A DNA stretch of 64,000 nt from Catajapyx aquilonaris (taxonomy: Eukaryota). This document shows positions 24,785 through 37,860 of the stretch, piece by piece. The DNA is taken from contig KZ538501.1 of assembly GCA_000934665.2 (NCBI GenBank), positions 1-64,000 of the forward strand. Direction: 5' to 3'. Made by a program: the position numbers and the translations under genes. Under the pieces are notes generated by a model. That model saw only the letters and a program-made list of their open reading frames with translations. It did no database searches and had not been told where the DNA came from. The number at the start of each line of letters is the position of its first letter. Positions within the stretch are counted from its first letter, which is position 1.

Positions 24785-26268
24785 GGGAATTTCCTCTCTG
24801 CCCCCCCCCCCTCCCCCCCCTTTTTTTTTGCTGCACGTCTGCTTCTTGCATGACGCTAACTTCCCTGAAACTGAACCTTTACGGATGGATAAAGTGCCAA
24901 TTACGCAATGTGTGTATATATATGTTTAACTACACATCATGCGTCAACTTACCTGGACTCTTTGTGACCTTGGAAAGTCCACAGTCATATCCCACTTTTT
25001 TTTGCACATTTAGTCTATTATTATCTGGGGTAGGCCCAAATGTGTTTTTTTCGTTGAATATAAGGGCATTGTAAGGGTTAATGGAAACTATTTGAGCACT
25101 CATTTATTAGTCTGGAAAACATTTCAATAGCAAGACACTTTTTAGGTCAGTCATTCTTAATCGAAAGTATTTAAAAGATGTCATTGCGAAATAAACTACA
25201 GATTACTTCAGCTGTATGGCTTAAGTGCACGGAGACACGTTAATAAACATTTCCAAGTGGAAAGTGTATTATAAGTTGTGCAGTTATTGTTAGACCCTAT
25301 TATTAATTTTCTGTCTAATTCGTTAATTTAGGCCAGTGTACATATCTTAAATACGCTCGTATATAAACTGCAGCAAAGTAACATAGTGCAATGTTACGTT
25401 TTTTTTTGTTTTTTTTGTGGCACCTGGTTTTATTCTGGAGGTTCCGGCAAAGAGTTGCCAAAGGGATTCCACCGCAACAAAAGGGATCATACCAAGGGAT
25501 TATTATTATTCTCATTCTACCCATTCGAGTGGATTTCTCCAGATTTCCAAATATTCAGAGATATATCATTATACGCATAATTTTATTTCAATTACCTGAT
25601 TATGCGGGTGCACTATCTGATGATATAAATAAAATAACGTGACGGAATTTCGATGGACGAAAAGATTCCGCTATGTGTAGGCCTACTGTACACTACAGTA
25701 CAGGTTTCGCGGCAATAACAGGCTGATGACATCATGGGTCGTTATTATTAGCAATCGTTATATGGAAAGTTTGCATATTTATCAAAATGCAAACGATTTT
25801 CCTGATAATACTGTTGACAGTACGTCACATAAAATCCGGGTATAACAGACTTCAAGAGACCCCGGAAATCAGTCTCTTATAACCAAGGTCTGTTATAGCC
25901 GAATACAAAAGCCATATATGGAAGTTTGTTGGGACCGGCCTTTCGAGTCTGTTATATCCGGATTCAACTGTACTAGCCTGCTGATGGGGCAGGAATAACG
26001 GCACATTCTTCATTATATGACAAATGAGCCGGAATGAAATTAGGCAGTCCCCGACTTACGTAGCTCCGACATACGTGGAAAACACAAAAAATTCTGAAGC
26101 AAAGGTACGCAAAAAAAAAACTACGGAACAAACTGGTAACGTAAAATGCCGGCAATTGCGAGAAAATGCGTTAAATTTTTGCGCATGGCAACTCGAACAT
26201 GCCATCCGAGACTCATTCCCTCACTCACTTTACACGTGACATACATTTGCAGTCTCGCGGGGAATCCC
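24785..26268. promoter_or_regulatory. Two consensus NF-kB/Rel-type sites between the divergent peroxidases (GGGAATTTCC 24785-24794; GGGGAATCCC 26259-26268)
   Basis: Both match a GGGRNWYYCC-type consensus. Function is untested. Confidence 0.35.
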
Positions 26269-27042
26269 TTCCGAATCGCAACGGCCTCAATAATTGAACA
26301 CGACAGTGGCTCCAGTATCGATGAACACTATAAGGTACAGAACCTTACAGTATACGGTAGGCCTACTGGGTATTCTATACTCTATACGGTTCTATAGTTT
26401 AAAAAAAAAGTTTCCGAGTTACGTAAAATACGACATACTTATAATGTCGCGGGACGATCAACTGATGTATGAAATAAATGTTTAGACCTACGACTTTCAT
26501 TCCTAAAAGGTCAGCTTATTGAAATAAAAATTGCATCTGTAAAAGATAAATTAACGAGTCGCTGTATAGCCATCTAAATAAAGCGTATGTCATTCTCATT
26601 TTATATTACCACGAAACGTTCACTTATATTTTCAGCAATCTCTAGATACCCAATGAACCTCGCATCTCAACTCTCGTCACTTTAGTGCCGGCCATTAAAA
26701 AAACATATATAGGTTAATAAAATAATGAAATGCAATAACCAAATGTTATTCAAGTACTTGGCCCTCTCTTTACAGTCACTTACATTCTTACTATTAGTAC
26801 ACTACCTCACATAAATCTACACATTCGCTTGCTTATAGAACCTGCAGTATTATTTTATACCACACTGAAGTTAATAATTCGTGCTCTTGTTTACTAACAG
26901 AACACAAGAATGGTCTTAGGCAGGCAAGTTGAGATGACAACACGTCTTGCACAATGCATTGAGGGAGCTTAAATGACTAGGTGTAATTGTGTAAGACCTT
27001 CACTTCAGCCAGACTCAGTCTTCACAAGCAGGAGAACTGTGT

Positions 27043-30000
27043 ATGGGTGGAGTGAGGTTCTTATTGCTAGCAATGATACGGACATTAGCAATTATTTTGG
27101 TTTTGGCTGCATTTTGTGATGGACATAAAAAAAGGCAACTGCTGGGGGGACTTCCTGTACTGTCTAGCCTAGACCTGGGTAGTCTCAATCTCGGAGGAGT
27201 CCTCAGTGGTGGTGGCCAAGGAGGACCAACATCAGGTAAAAAGTTCTACTATTGTACTGCTGTACTTGAAATAATTAGCAAAACAATACTGTATCCTAAC
27301 ACAACATTTAAAACACTACACTAGGTAGTACTGTAAATCACTTTTCATGCAGTTTTAATTCAGTGAAAATGTCCATTTCCAGGTGGTCTGCCCCTGATCC
27401 AAACACTTACAGGACTCCTTCAGGAGGACACAGCCTATCAGCATTATCAAGGAATTAATCGGTCTAGGACTCCAGAGGACCTGCACTCAAACTTGCATTC
27501 ACTAACTCCAGCAGGCAACAAGCAGTCATTTCAGTCAACTGCCATAACCAAAGCACTGAAAGCCTTCCGCAACGAGTAAGTATCCTGAAGTCCTTTTTAC
27601 ACCAATACCAGATTCTGAACTGGACCAGTTACAGGTCCAAAGATGATGACATACCATCTAATGTGAAGGAAACACTCTTCAAACTCTTTTGCAAAGTCGA
27701 TGATGTGTGCACCAAGCAGGCCATATATCGCAGTGCTGATGGTTCATGCAACAACTTGGAGCATCCTCGATGGGGCCGGAGCGAATCACCAATGATGCGT
27801 GTTCTTCCACCACAATATGCAGATGGTCAGTGCAACTACATTTTCATTCATTTTATGTCATTTATAATTATATTTTCTGTGTTCACTTGTGTCTGTTTAC
27901 AGGTGTGGAAGTACCACGCCTGTCTGTAACTGGAAGTGACCTGCCCAGTGCTCGAAAAGTTAGTTCTGCCATAGCAATATTCCGAAACCGCCCTGATGAC
28001 CACCTTAACTTGGCTTTCATGCAGTTTGGTCAATTTCTCATCCATGATACTGACCTCATACCTGTCAGCAGAAAAGGTCAGACATTTTATAAGTTATTCT
28101 GCTAAGTGAAATGAATCAAAGGGGTTGCAAAAATATGAATGCAACGGTTTTCATGGGTAAAAAACCTCTTAAGTGAGTGTAAGTGCTCAACATTAAGCCT
28201 GCTATCCATTCTAGGTGTACAGGCACATGTACGAAGAATTTGTTACAGGTTCAAGATTATGAATAAGGAATAGTTATTATCAATTTCCACCATTATGGCT
28301 ATGTTGTGGGTTAGCCCATTGTTGCAGTAAGCCTTTCAATTGACATAATGAAACAAAATAATTGTCAATTTCATTGGTCATTAGATGCAAGTCATAATTA
28401 TATGATGGTAGCATTGAATGATGCCACTTGCTGCACAAGTGCATTGTCAACACTTTGTAAGTGGGGTTGCTATACTCTTAACAACATGCAAGTGATAAAA
28501 AGGTCAGCACGTTCTTAATCACTGCTGATGATAAAAGTCAATAACCACAGTTTATCATCAGGAATATATTTCATGGGTTATAACTATTTTGGCATTCACT
28601 ACTTGGTAATTGCACATATTTGCATGGTTTGTTCGTAGGCTATATTTGTCATTTTACCTTAACAGAAGATGGAAGTCATGTCAATTGTTGCTCCCAGGAT
28701 GGGCATCATATACCACCAGAACTATTAGACCCCTCATGTTTTCCAATTGACATTGAAAGGGATGACCCTTTCTACTCCATGTTTAACCAGACCTGCATGA
28801 ACTTTGTTCGTTCAGCCAGGGCCATCACAGACGACTGCAGCTTCAGGCATGCTGATCAAGTTAGTTTCAACTGCATACCAGTAAGTGCTGATACCAAGCA
28901 GTCTTAATTTTGATTTCTATTGCACTCTAGATGAATCAAGTCACAGATTACTTAGACTGCTCCATGGTTTACGGATCATCTAAAAAAATGGCAGACAATG
29001 TCAGAGAATTCCACCATGGTTTGCTCAAAGTAAATAGGCAAGCCAATCATGAAATGCTACCAAATTCTCCACTTTGCAGCAATGATGTCCAGAGTAAATG
29101 TCGATTCATAACAGGTAACTTACATGGAACAATAAATTATTATCAGTGCTTGTGGTACATACCTAAAATTTCAGGTGACATCCGGGCCAACCAGCACCCT
29201 TGGCTGCAGAGTTATCACTTGCTACTTGTCAGAGAACACAACCGAGTGGCAAGAGAATTACACAGGATAAATAGGCATTGGTCTGATGAGAAGCTGTACC
29301 AAGAAACACGCAGAATAATTATTGCTCAATTTCAGCATATTGTCTACAAAGAATGGCTACCTCTAGTACTAGGTAAGTCCAATCAAAGCACTCCAATGCT
29401 TTAATAAGGTGCACTGCTCTGCCAACGAACCTGGCTCTCTCAAAATCCACTCACATCATGAGCGGAGGGAAACACATGACTCCCGAACACTGTGCTCCTG
29501 ATTATACAGGTGTGGATTATTCGTATTGCGGATTATCCATGCATAGCCAAATCAAAGGAAAATAAATAAAATTCCAAAAAAAATCAATGTCTTGCAAACA
29601 TTGAAACTTTTTCCAGAAGACAAACTAAAAATGAATGGGAAGTTGCATTCTATTGATTAAACCTTAATTAACGGTGTACTCAATATGTACAATAGTTCAT
29701 TTAAAATCTCTAAACAGCTCACTTTTATGGTATCTAGAATCATTTTTCAATTATCCGTGTTTTCAGATTATCCAGTGACACATGTCCAGTCATTATCCCG
29801 GATAATCGGGAGTAAAGTGTATACTTACAGTGCAATTATACAGTGTTCACCAGCATAAAAAGTTATTCTGCATTGAAAGAAATTAAAAATCTGTATTTGT
29901 CTCGGAATGTTGAAAAGGCACATTGAGATGGTAGAATTTAACTTTTGAACAATCATGTGTGATAATCAAAAAATGCTTATCACACTAGGTCCCTGAGGTC

Positions 30001-33000
30001 CTCCATTGATTTATGGATACATGAATTTCCAAAACTTCAGCTCACACCTGGCCTTATCTAAGCACACCTGACTTGCCTCAGAAATAGCATGTCATCAAGT
30101 TGTGACAGTAACTTTTGTTGCAGGACACAAGTATGTTTCAGACCACCTTCTACAACCACCAGAGAAAGGGTATTGCAGGACCTACAACCACAATGTCAAT
30201 CCTTCAATATCCAACGAATTTGCTACATTTGCCTGTCGCTTTGGTCATACCCTGATTGACACAAGGATACGGTATGTTTTCACGTGGATTGTTTTGCACA
30301 ATTCACATCTTATTTGCACTAACGATAATAATATTATCTGCCCATGCAAATATAACTTAATTAATATACAATAATTCAGTTCTACAGAGATTGGCTCAGG
30401 AGTGTTCTCATTTAATGTAAAGACCTAATAGTCACAACTTTATAATAATTTTTTAACGATATGGGACCTCCTTTTCACTGTTCAGAGTAGGAAGGTTCTG
30501 TACCTTGGGCCAATTTTTACATAAACATTTTTAACTTTGGCAATATCTGTTACTAGTCCTTTATTTATGAGCCAGTGGATAAAGCACATATTATGGATTA
30601 ATCATAAATTTTCATGTGGGCTAGCATCAACTTCTTGATCACTTTTAAAAATAAATACGGAACCTCTGCAACTGTCCCAAGGTACAAGAGTAGTAGTGTA
30701 CCTTGGGCCATAGGGATGTGTACCTTGGGACAACAAAATGAATTTTTATTCATTTATTTATTTATTTTACTCCATTTGGAGAATCAGCGCTCCATCATTC
30801 TGAGCATGTAGCTCCATATAATATGTGAACAGTTTACATTTGGTGTGAAGTAATCAAATTTAAAGATAGGAGGGCCTACACACACCTAGGAATGATAAGA
30901 TCCTACTAAATTTTGTATTCCAACAAGTCCACACCAAATGTCAACTGCTCACATTGCCGCAGGGAACCTCCACACTTCATTGGCGGGGGAATTTTGAGCA
31001 GAACGTCACTCTTAGGTAGGTTGTATACACTTTATCACGTGTCCCAAGGTACAAAATGGGTCAGTGTCCCAAGGTACAAGATAAAGCCTATATACTACTA
31101 AACGTGGTGCCACCCAAAATATGACTGCTTTTATGACACTTTTCAGTTGGTCACATTGTGGCACACAAAACGCCCTAGCATTAAGAGAAGGAGCCTAATT
31201 CAGATCTTTGTAACTTGGGCTATGGTACCTTTCACCAATAAGGTGACTGGCATTACTTTTACTACCTAAAAACATATATTTTCATGCAGCAGGCAGACAC
31301 TTTAATCCGATGATGCTGAAAACACAATGGGGTGAGGGGCACTCAAGGAGCATGACGTTGGTGCAGGTTACTTCTTTTTCATGCCAACAGATTTCGAGAA
31401 AATGACCATGTCCCAAGGTACAAGGGGGTCCAAGGTACAAGACCTTCCCTAATGTTCCCCTCCCACAAGTATAACCCCCTGTTGCATGTAAACACCACAA
31501 GCATTGCTCAGAGGAGAGGTGGCAGCTTGCATAATAGGTCCACAGTATTTTTTGCTGTTTATATCCTAGACCTTCATCTGCTTCTCAGGTGACTGCCTCC
31601 TCCATTCCACCCTCACCCATTGAATGTTCATAACTCATAAGATATGGGGTTATCCATGCCAGTAATGGGTACAGGGGAGAGGGGCTGAGATGAATGGGGC
31701 AGGTAACCAAGAGTGTAACAGAGAAAACATAAATAATAATTTTAAAAACCCTGCCCTGGACAAATGTTTTGGCTAGGCAATTAATTCAATGTTAACATTG
31801 AGGTATCATATAAGGGCCATACAAATGAAAACAAGCCAAGGTCATAGCAACAAATTGCAGAATGGGTTTCTCACAGCATCTTCTACACAAAATGAAGGTG
31901 GTACATTACTGCTTTAGTGTTATGAAACCCACTGATAGGTGGTGATTCCATCACGTAACACAGTGCCAGTGTGCATTTGTTCAGGACCCCCAGACTGTCC
32001 AATCAGAATGAAAGCAACGATGTTGAGGAGAAAGTGGTAATCAGTTTTTTAACCATCGAATGCACCATATTTTCATCTGCCTCAATGGTTCTATGAATGA
32101 AACGAGGAGCTTCCTTATGATACCATGGAAGGACACACCCATGCGAATGTCTGTCTGCACAGGTTCCAAGTTATGTGGCACCCACTGTGTGCAAATCTTC
32201 TAGTACTGTACTGCAGACAATCCCTGATAATACTGTGCACACTCCCGACACTGATTCCTGCTTCTTCGGCAAGTGCTTCCACCATGATTACTCTGCCACA
32301 GCTACAGAAACATATGAAACATCTTGTATGTGACCACATGATTTTCTTTCCCTGGCTTACTGCTCACTGCTCTATGTTCATTGCTTCCATCTGGGACTCT
32401 TTTTGACAGGCGGTCCTGAACAGAGACAGACTACCACTGTGACACATGATTGATCATAAACTGTCAGTGAATCATAACACTACCTTCATTTTGTGTAGAA
32501 GATGTCAACTCAAAGTCATGTTCGTCTCACAAGACATAACTTACTTGTTGTTAAAATGCCAAGATTCAAAGCAACAGATGCCATGCGACAGATTCCTGTT
32601 TCCAATGATATTACTTTCATGAAGGTGGTTCTCATAAGATATGTATAAAATTGCTTAGTTGCCTAATATTCAAGTTAACTCCGAGGGTTGGATTTTAAAT
32701 AGTGGCAACACTGTTTGTTGATATCTGCAATGACCTGCCCTAAAGCATGTACTATCGCTTCAATTCTCTGGATACATTTATCGCACTAGTCCTTCATTTT
32801 TGTGAACAAAATCATCAAAATTGCAAGGGGTTATGTCTGGAGTGGAGGGAGGGTGCTGCAGTGTTTCCCATTGCCAACGAAGCAATAATTCTGTCCTGCA
32901 GCTGCGACATGGCAACGAGATAGGGCTGGTCATGGGGCTGGTGTGCAGGAAATTCAGTCACTTGCGTCATATCACTGGTCTCATATGGTGTTCCAAGTCG

Positions 33001-36000
33001 TGGTAGTACTGGGGATTGTCATGGCATCTCGCCACCTCGATCTTCAACCAAAAGCTCTGTTCTAACTTCGATGGCATGGCTTAGGGCCATGCACGAGGAT
33101 GGGGTCCTTTTGAACTACCCTGTCACCGTCACCAATAGCAGAATCGGGTCGAAACTTGACACGAACAAGCCCCACCTCTCTCTGGATCTCTCTTCTTGCG
33201 CAGAAGCCACAACCCCGTTTTCTTGCGCAAGGGGAACAGGGTTGCCACTATTTAAAATCCAACCCTCGTATGTAAAAGTCTCATGCAACAGCAGTTAGTC
33301 CAGAGTCAACACCATACTCTCCTGCCACCAGGGCTGTTGAATACCAAGTAGGAATTGGTATCATGTCTCCTTAGGTCCCCTTTACATTGTCGACTTTGTA
33401 TAAGTAGCAGCGACTGACTGCAGTGTGCAGTCGGCCACCCTGAGTGGAGAGCTTTCCAGTTGAACAGATATAGAGCATGCTCTAATGTGTGTTTGACTGG
33501 AAAGCCCCGTGCACTGCAGACTGTCACTGCTACGCTGTCGACAATGTAAAGGGGGCCTTAATCTGAGAGTGTACACGCAGGGAGAGAAGCTATCACCAAC
33601 TGCAACATTATACTCAAGACTTGGTTTGTAGTGGGCATTGCAGTTCTTGTGGGTGGCCCCTCTTGGTCTTACCCCTTCAAATCACAATTATGTATTTACA
33701 ATTAAGATTTTGGAACTGGAACTGGCAGTAAATATACAACTCTTGAAACTGGTGCACTAGTGTTAAGGGCCCAAGTCTGTGCTAATGAGTTGTACTGTCT
33801 AGTACATTTCAACGGGGACTCACAACTCATGGCCATGAAAGAGAGGAAGAGATGTCACAAGTCCAAAATGCAATTAAGGACTTTGCACTTGATTGGCAAG
33901 TTGAGCTCCGAAAATTAGGGAAAAAAATATTGTTTCTGGGAGCAAACAATTTTTCTCAAAACTAAATGGCCAGAATATTAGACTGTAACACCTATTCAAG
34001 TGAGGTTATTATTACAGTCTGCTGGACGAAGAAGGACACACGGTTAAGCATCACTTGCTTCGAGAGCAGTTTAACAATGTAGCAATAATGCACCAACCAG
34101 AACTGTTTGACCAAATCCTACGAGGGTTGTACCTCCGAAAATGTCAAAAACTAGATGACTTCTTCACATGGGAGGTAAGCAATGAATATTGACTTAGGGC
34201 AGTAAAACAGACACCCCATGCAAATGGCTTGCCCTTTGTGGCTACCCGACCTTCAAAATGGCAAAGTAGCAATTTGTACTACTCAGAGGGTGGCTCCCTC
34301 CAAGCAGTGAAACATGCCATTTTTCTCTGCAATTTTGTGCAGAGGTCTGGGGTGCAACTTGCATGGGGTACCTGTTTTACCACCCTAAAGCACCTACATA
34401 AAACTTAATCTCTGCAGGTGACACGGTACACTTACAAGACTGACTTGAGCAATGCTGGTTTTGATTTGGTGGCACTCAACATGCAGCGTGGAAGGGACCA
34501 TGGTCTTCCTGGATACATCAAGTACAGAGAGCTTTGTGGGTTACAACCTGTCCGAAACTTTCATCAGCTGAGAGCATTCATGACCCCAGAGGTTTGTATA
34601 CAGTCCTGTAACACCAAAGCATCTCTGAACTCAGCCACTTATGACAAATATGACAATCTAGAACCACCTTCAAAAGTGGCAGCATGAAAGGATCATTCAG
34701 TGAATTTCTCTGTTTTACTTTAACATCCATAACTTACAGACTCCATTATTGTGAATTCGCTTCATTAATGTATACACGTTATATAAACGTATACATATAC
34801 GGATTACATAACGTATACGTATTATACACATTTATTTTTCAAACTCTATGCATATAAGGACTGTATTAAAATTATATTAAGGCTCCTAGTCTGGACAGCT
34901 TGGATAATAATTTAACTCATGGTGTCAGGTGGAGTAGCTACCTCACTCCAGCGGTCTAGAGAGCTCACTATTTTCATGTCATGTTTTGGATTTTCCTTGC
35001 CCGATCTCCCCACTCTTCTCACCCAGAAGAGGAGTGGGATGAAGTAGCCTCAGTCCTGCCTTTATCAGTTAAGGGCCAGTTTCACCGAGCTTGGTATATG
35101 ATAAAACCACATTTCTTTCTAAAAATCCATACAAATAGATAGGGATTTTGAGAAATACCCTGGTTTTATCATATACTGAGCTCGGTGAAACCGGCCCTAA
35201 GTCTAGCCAGATCAGCCTCACCACTTTTCAAACATGGCGCTGCCTCAGCAGTGGGCAACCTATTTTATGCTAAGCTGTGGTCGCAAGGGTAGTCACGATG
35301 GGTCCAATTGCTGTCACACACATGCATACATTGTAGTTACTTTTCTGAGAAGTGTGGTAAAAGCAATGTGGAATGCTTGTGAGATATCTATTACTAATAC
35401 CTGTGCACCTTCAGAGACAATATGCAAACTGATTCCCATATCAACCAATATATTACCGTATTACCTCACATAAAGCGGTATGCCGGTGTAGTTGAGGTCG
35501 ACCAGTTTTTAGAAATCCACGATCTGGTGGCTATATCGGCATGCCGGTCTAAGTGAGGTATGCCGGTATGAGGCGAGGTTTTCACTTACATTAGCCTTTC
35601 ATAACTTGATATTTGCCCATGGAGATTCGACTTATAGAAGTTTTACTGTATAACTAATGAACCTCAGGGTTTCACTGGTACAGTACAACCCATTTGCAGA
35701 AATAGTATAACATCACTCTATTTTTATCCTGTTTTCTTTTTCCTTAACCTGTTGGGGGCGACATGCATCATATGATGATCTGCAGATGTTTGAATTTCCC
35801 GTGCTAAAATGTGCAGAGTGAATTACAACTTTGGCGGTCAAAATTCTGTTCAATATACTCCTACCACCTCTTGGATGGTGACTAAACTACCATGACACCA
35901 CCACAACCCACTGGGCTGGAGCCAAGCTGAGTCGAACATGCCAAGGTCATGCGGCTGCCGAGTAATCTTTCATGTAAACATACGCCCTGAGTACAGGGTG

Positions 36001-37606
36001 GCCCGTAAAGTCTGGACCCTTGGGAGTTTCTCATAGTACAGGGTTGTGGTAATATTAAGCAACTATAATAACAGTGTATAGTGATTATGTAAACTTGTTA
36101 GACCTATCGACATTCTGAGAGCCAGACGATTCTTAAAAAATTATATCTGGAACACCCTGCAGATGAATTTTTCTGGGATTTTGCATTCAGAAGGACCACC
36201 ACCAATTAAAATTATTAATTTTGGCGCGAAGTTGTTATTCATTAATATCATTCCTACATCGAATTTTGGACAAAAAAAAGAAGAAAAAATCCACAACAAG
36301 AAACAGCCCTCAACAGGTTAAAATACACAACTCCAGTACCCACAATAATGTAACCCCGTTCATAGACCGGGAGCAATGCCTGTGCCAAATCCCTCTTGCT
36401 ACCCCACCCTTTCATGGGTACTGACATGGCCGAGGAGTGTTTTTGTGTGTGTGTGTTTATATATATAAACACACACATATGCACCAGTCTGGAAACTAGT
36501 CCCCTTATCGCGTGGCTCTCCCGAGTCCCACCCGGCCGCTTCTGCTCTTCAGTACATGGAGCAACACCCCTCACTGCGACAAAAATTATTACTATTAATT
36601 CAGAACGGATCATGAGAACGTGGATGCAAACAGGCCCAGTGCAATAAGGAACGAACGGACCATGACTACCAGATTTGAATTGGTGGTTTGGGAGTCTTGG
36701 TCCCCCACCAGGTTCGCTGTGTGTCGCCTTGTGGTTAAAGTAACTGAAGGAATGGGAAAAGCACTGCAACTAAAGCAAATCGGCACCCCGCCTAACTACT
36801 GATATGCCGGTCTAAGATCATGGGGATCGGAGGGGGAAACCTACATGAAAAATATGGAGTTGCACTGGGGTGGGTACTGACCTATGATGTCCAGACTATG
36901 GGCCCTCCTAAGTGGTAGCACATACAAAAGTAACATTATGTTACAGTAGTTTGGAAAAGTTCATGAAATAATTTTTTATGTTGCAATTTCTCTCTCTTGA
37001 GTGAAAGAAATATCACATTTGAACCCCCCCCCCCCCCCCAACCCGCTATACTTGTAATGGTAGCAATACCAAGTGCTGCTGCCATGAGCTATATATTAAT
37101 GTTCTTTCTAGACGGCCATCAAATTTTCACAACTCTACAATAGTGTGGAAGATATTGACCCTTTCATTGGAGCTATATCTGAATTTCCTGCTAAAGGGGC
37201 AGTGGTAGGACCAACAATGCAATGTATAATTGCAGACCAATTTCATCGATTGTGGCATGGAGACTCGTTTTTTTACTGTGAACGGAATTCACGCAACCCA
37301 TTCACAAGTGGTATGATGGTGTTAACAGTTCTTCAGACTAATAGTTTGGCTATAGCACTGATTTGTCTTATTATTGCAGAACAACTAAGTGAAATTCAGA
37401 AGACCACCATGTCTCGAATCATATGTAATGCAGGAGACAATATTTCTAGAATTCAAGCACGGGCCTTTGAATTGCCATCTCTATCGTGAGTATGTCATAA
37501 CAATGTTTTTATGCAATGATGATGCATTTAATTACTTTTCAGAAATCCTATCCTGTCTTGTGAAAACATTCCTCAGTTGGACGTCAATTTGTGGAGAGAC
37601 TCCTAA
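27043..37606 (+). CDS. Second secreted heme peroxidase paralog; exons 27043(or 27073)-27235, 27383-27575, 27635-27825, 27903-28076, 28666-28859, 28931-29114, 29175-29372, 30124-30271, 34018-34174, 34418-34591, 37112-37310, 37380-37485, 37543-37606
   Basis: Signal peptide. Motifs [85 protein letters not shown] and SRIICN. The GT-AG exons join in frame without stops. Confidence 0.95.
29507..29819. mobile_element. Degraded pogo/Tigger-like MITE in a peroxidase intron
   Basis: TA-flanked ends with repeated ggattatcc/ggataatc subterminal motifs. Confidence 0.4.
30490..31449. mobile_element. Non-autonomous TIR element with TA flanks and repeated (c)ccaaggtac motifs
   Basis: ggaaggttctgtaccttgg ... 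ccaaggtacaagaccttccc. Internal copies of cccaaggtac occur in both orientations. Confidence 0.65.
31810..32620 (-). mobile_element. Decayed mariner remnant with an internal inverted duplication
   Basis: The - strand reads [21 protein letters not shown], like the second mariner HTH, followed by a frameshifted WVPH motif. catcttctacacaaaatgaaggt at ~31878 is inverted at ~32482-32504. Confidence 0.65.
32682..33268 (-). mobile_element. Internally deleted mariner element
   Basis: Perfect 28-bp TIR cgagggttggattttaaatagtggcaac with TA at the right end. The - strand encodes [18 protein letters not shown], a degenerate HPPYSPDLAP motif. Confidence 0.85.
33374..33557. mobile_element. PIF/Harbinger (Tourist-like) MITE
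   Basis: TIR ggtcccctttacattgtcgac / gtcgacaatgtaaagggggcc with a TTA TSD on both sides. Confidence 0.8.
34197..34385. mobile_element. MITE filling most of a short peroxidase intron
   Basis: TIR gggcagtaaaacagacaccccatgcaa / ttgcatggggtacctgttttaccaccc, flanked by TA. Confidence 0.7.
35073..35197. mobile_element. PIF/Harbinger (Tourist-like) hairpin MITE
   Basis: gggccagtttcaccgagct...agctcggtgaaaccggccc with a TAA TSD on both sides. Confidence 0.8.
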
Positions 37607-37860
37607 TTTGAGAGTAATATATCAAGGACTTTCTTCTTGCAACTCAGCTTACTTGGGTTCACAGTTTAGAAATGACTTAAATATGCAAAAAAAAGAGTAT
37701 GTATTTCCAATGACTAATGAAGTAAAATTATGTACAGATTGGATACGTATAAATGCATCACAAAAATTAATCCTTGCCAGACAAACCTGAGTTCAGTTTA
37801 GAACCAAAGTCCCTTTCTTTGTACCGTCATTCTGGCATATCCATTTCAATTACACTTGGC

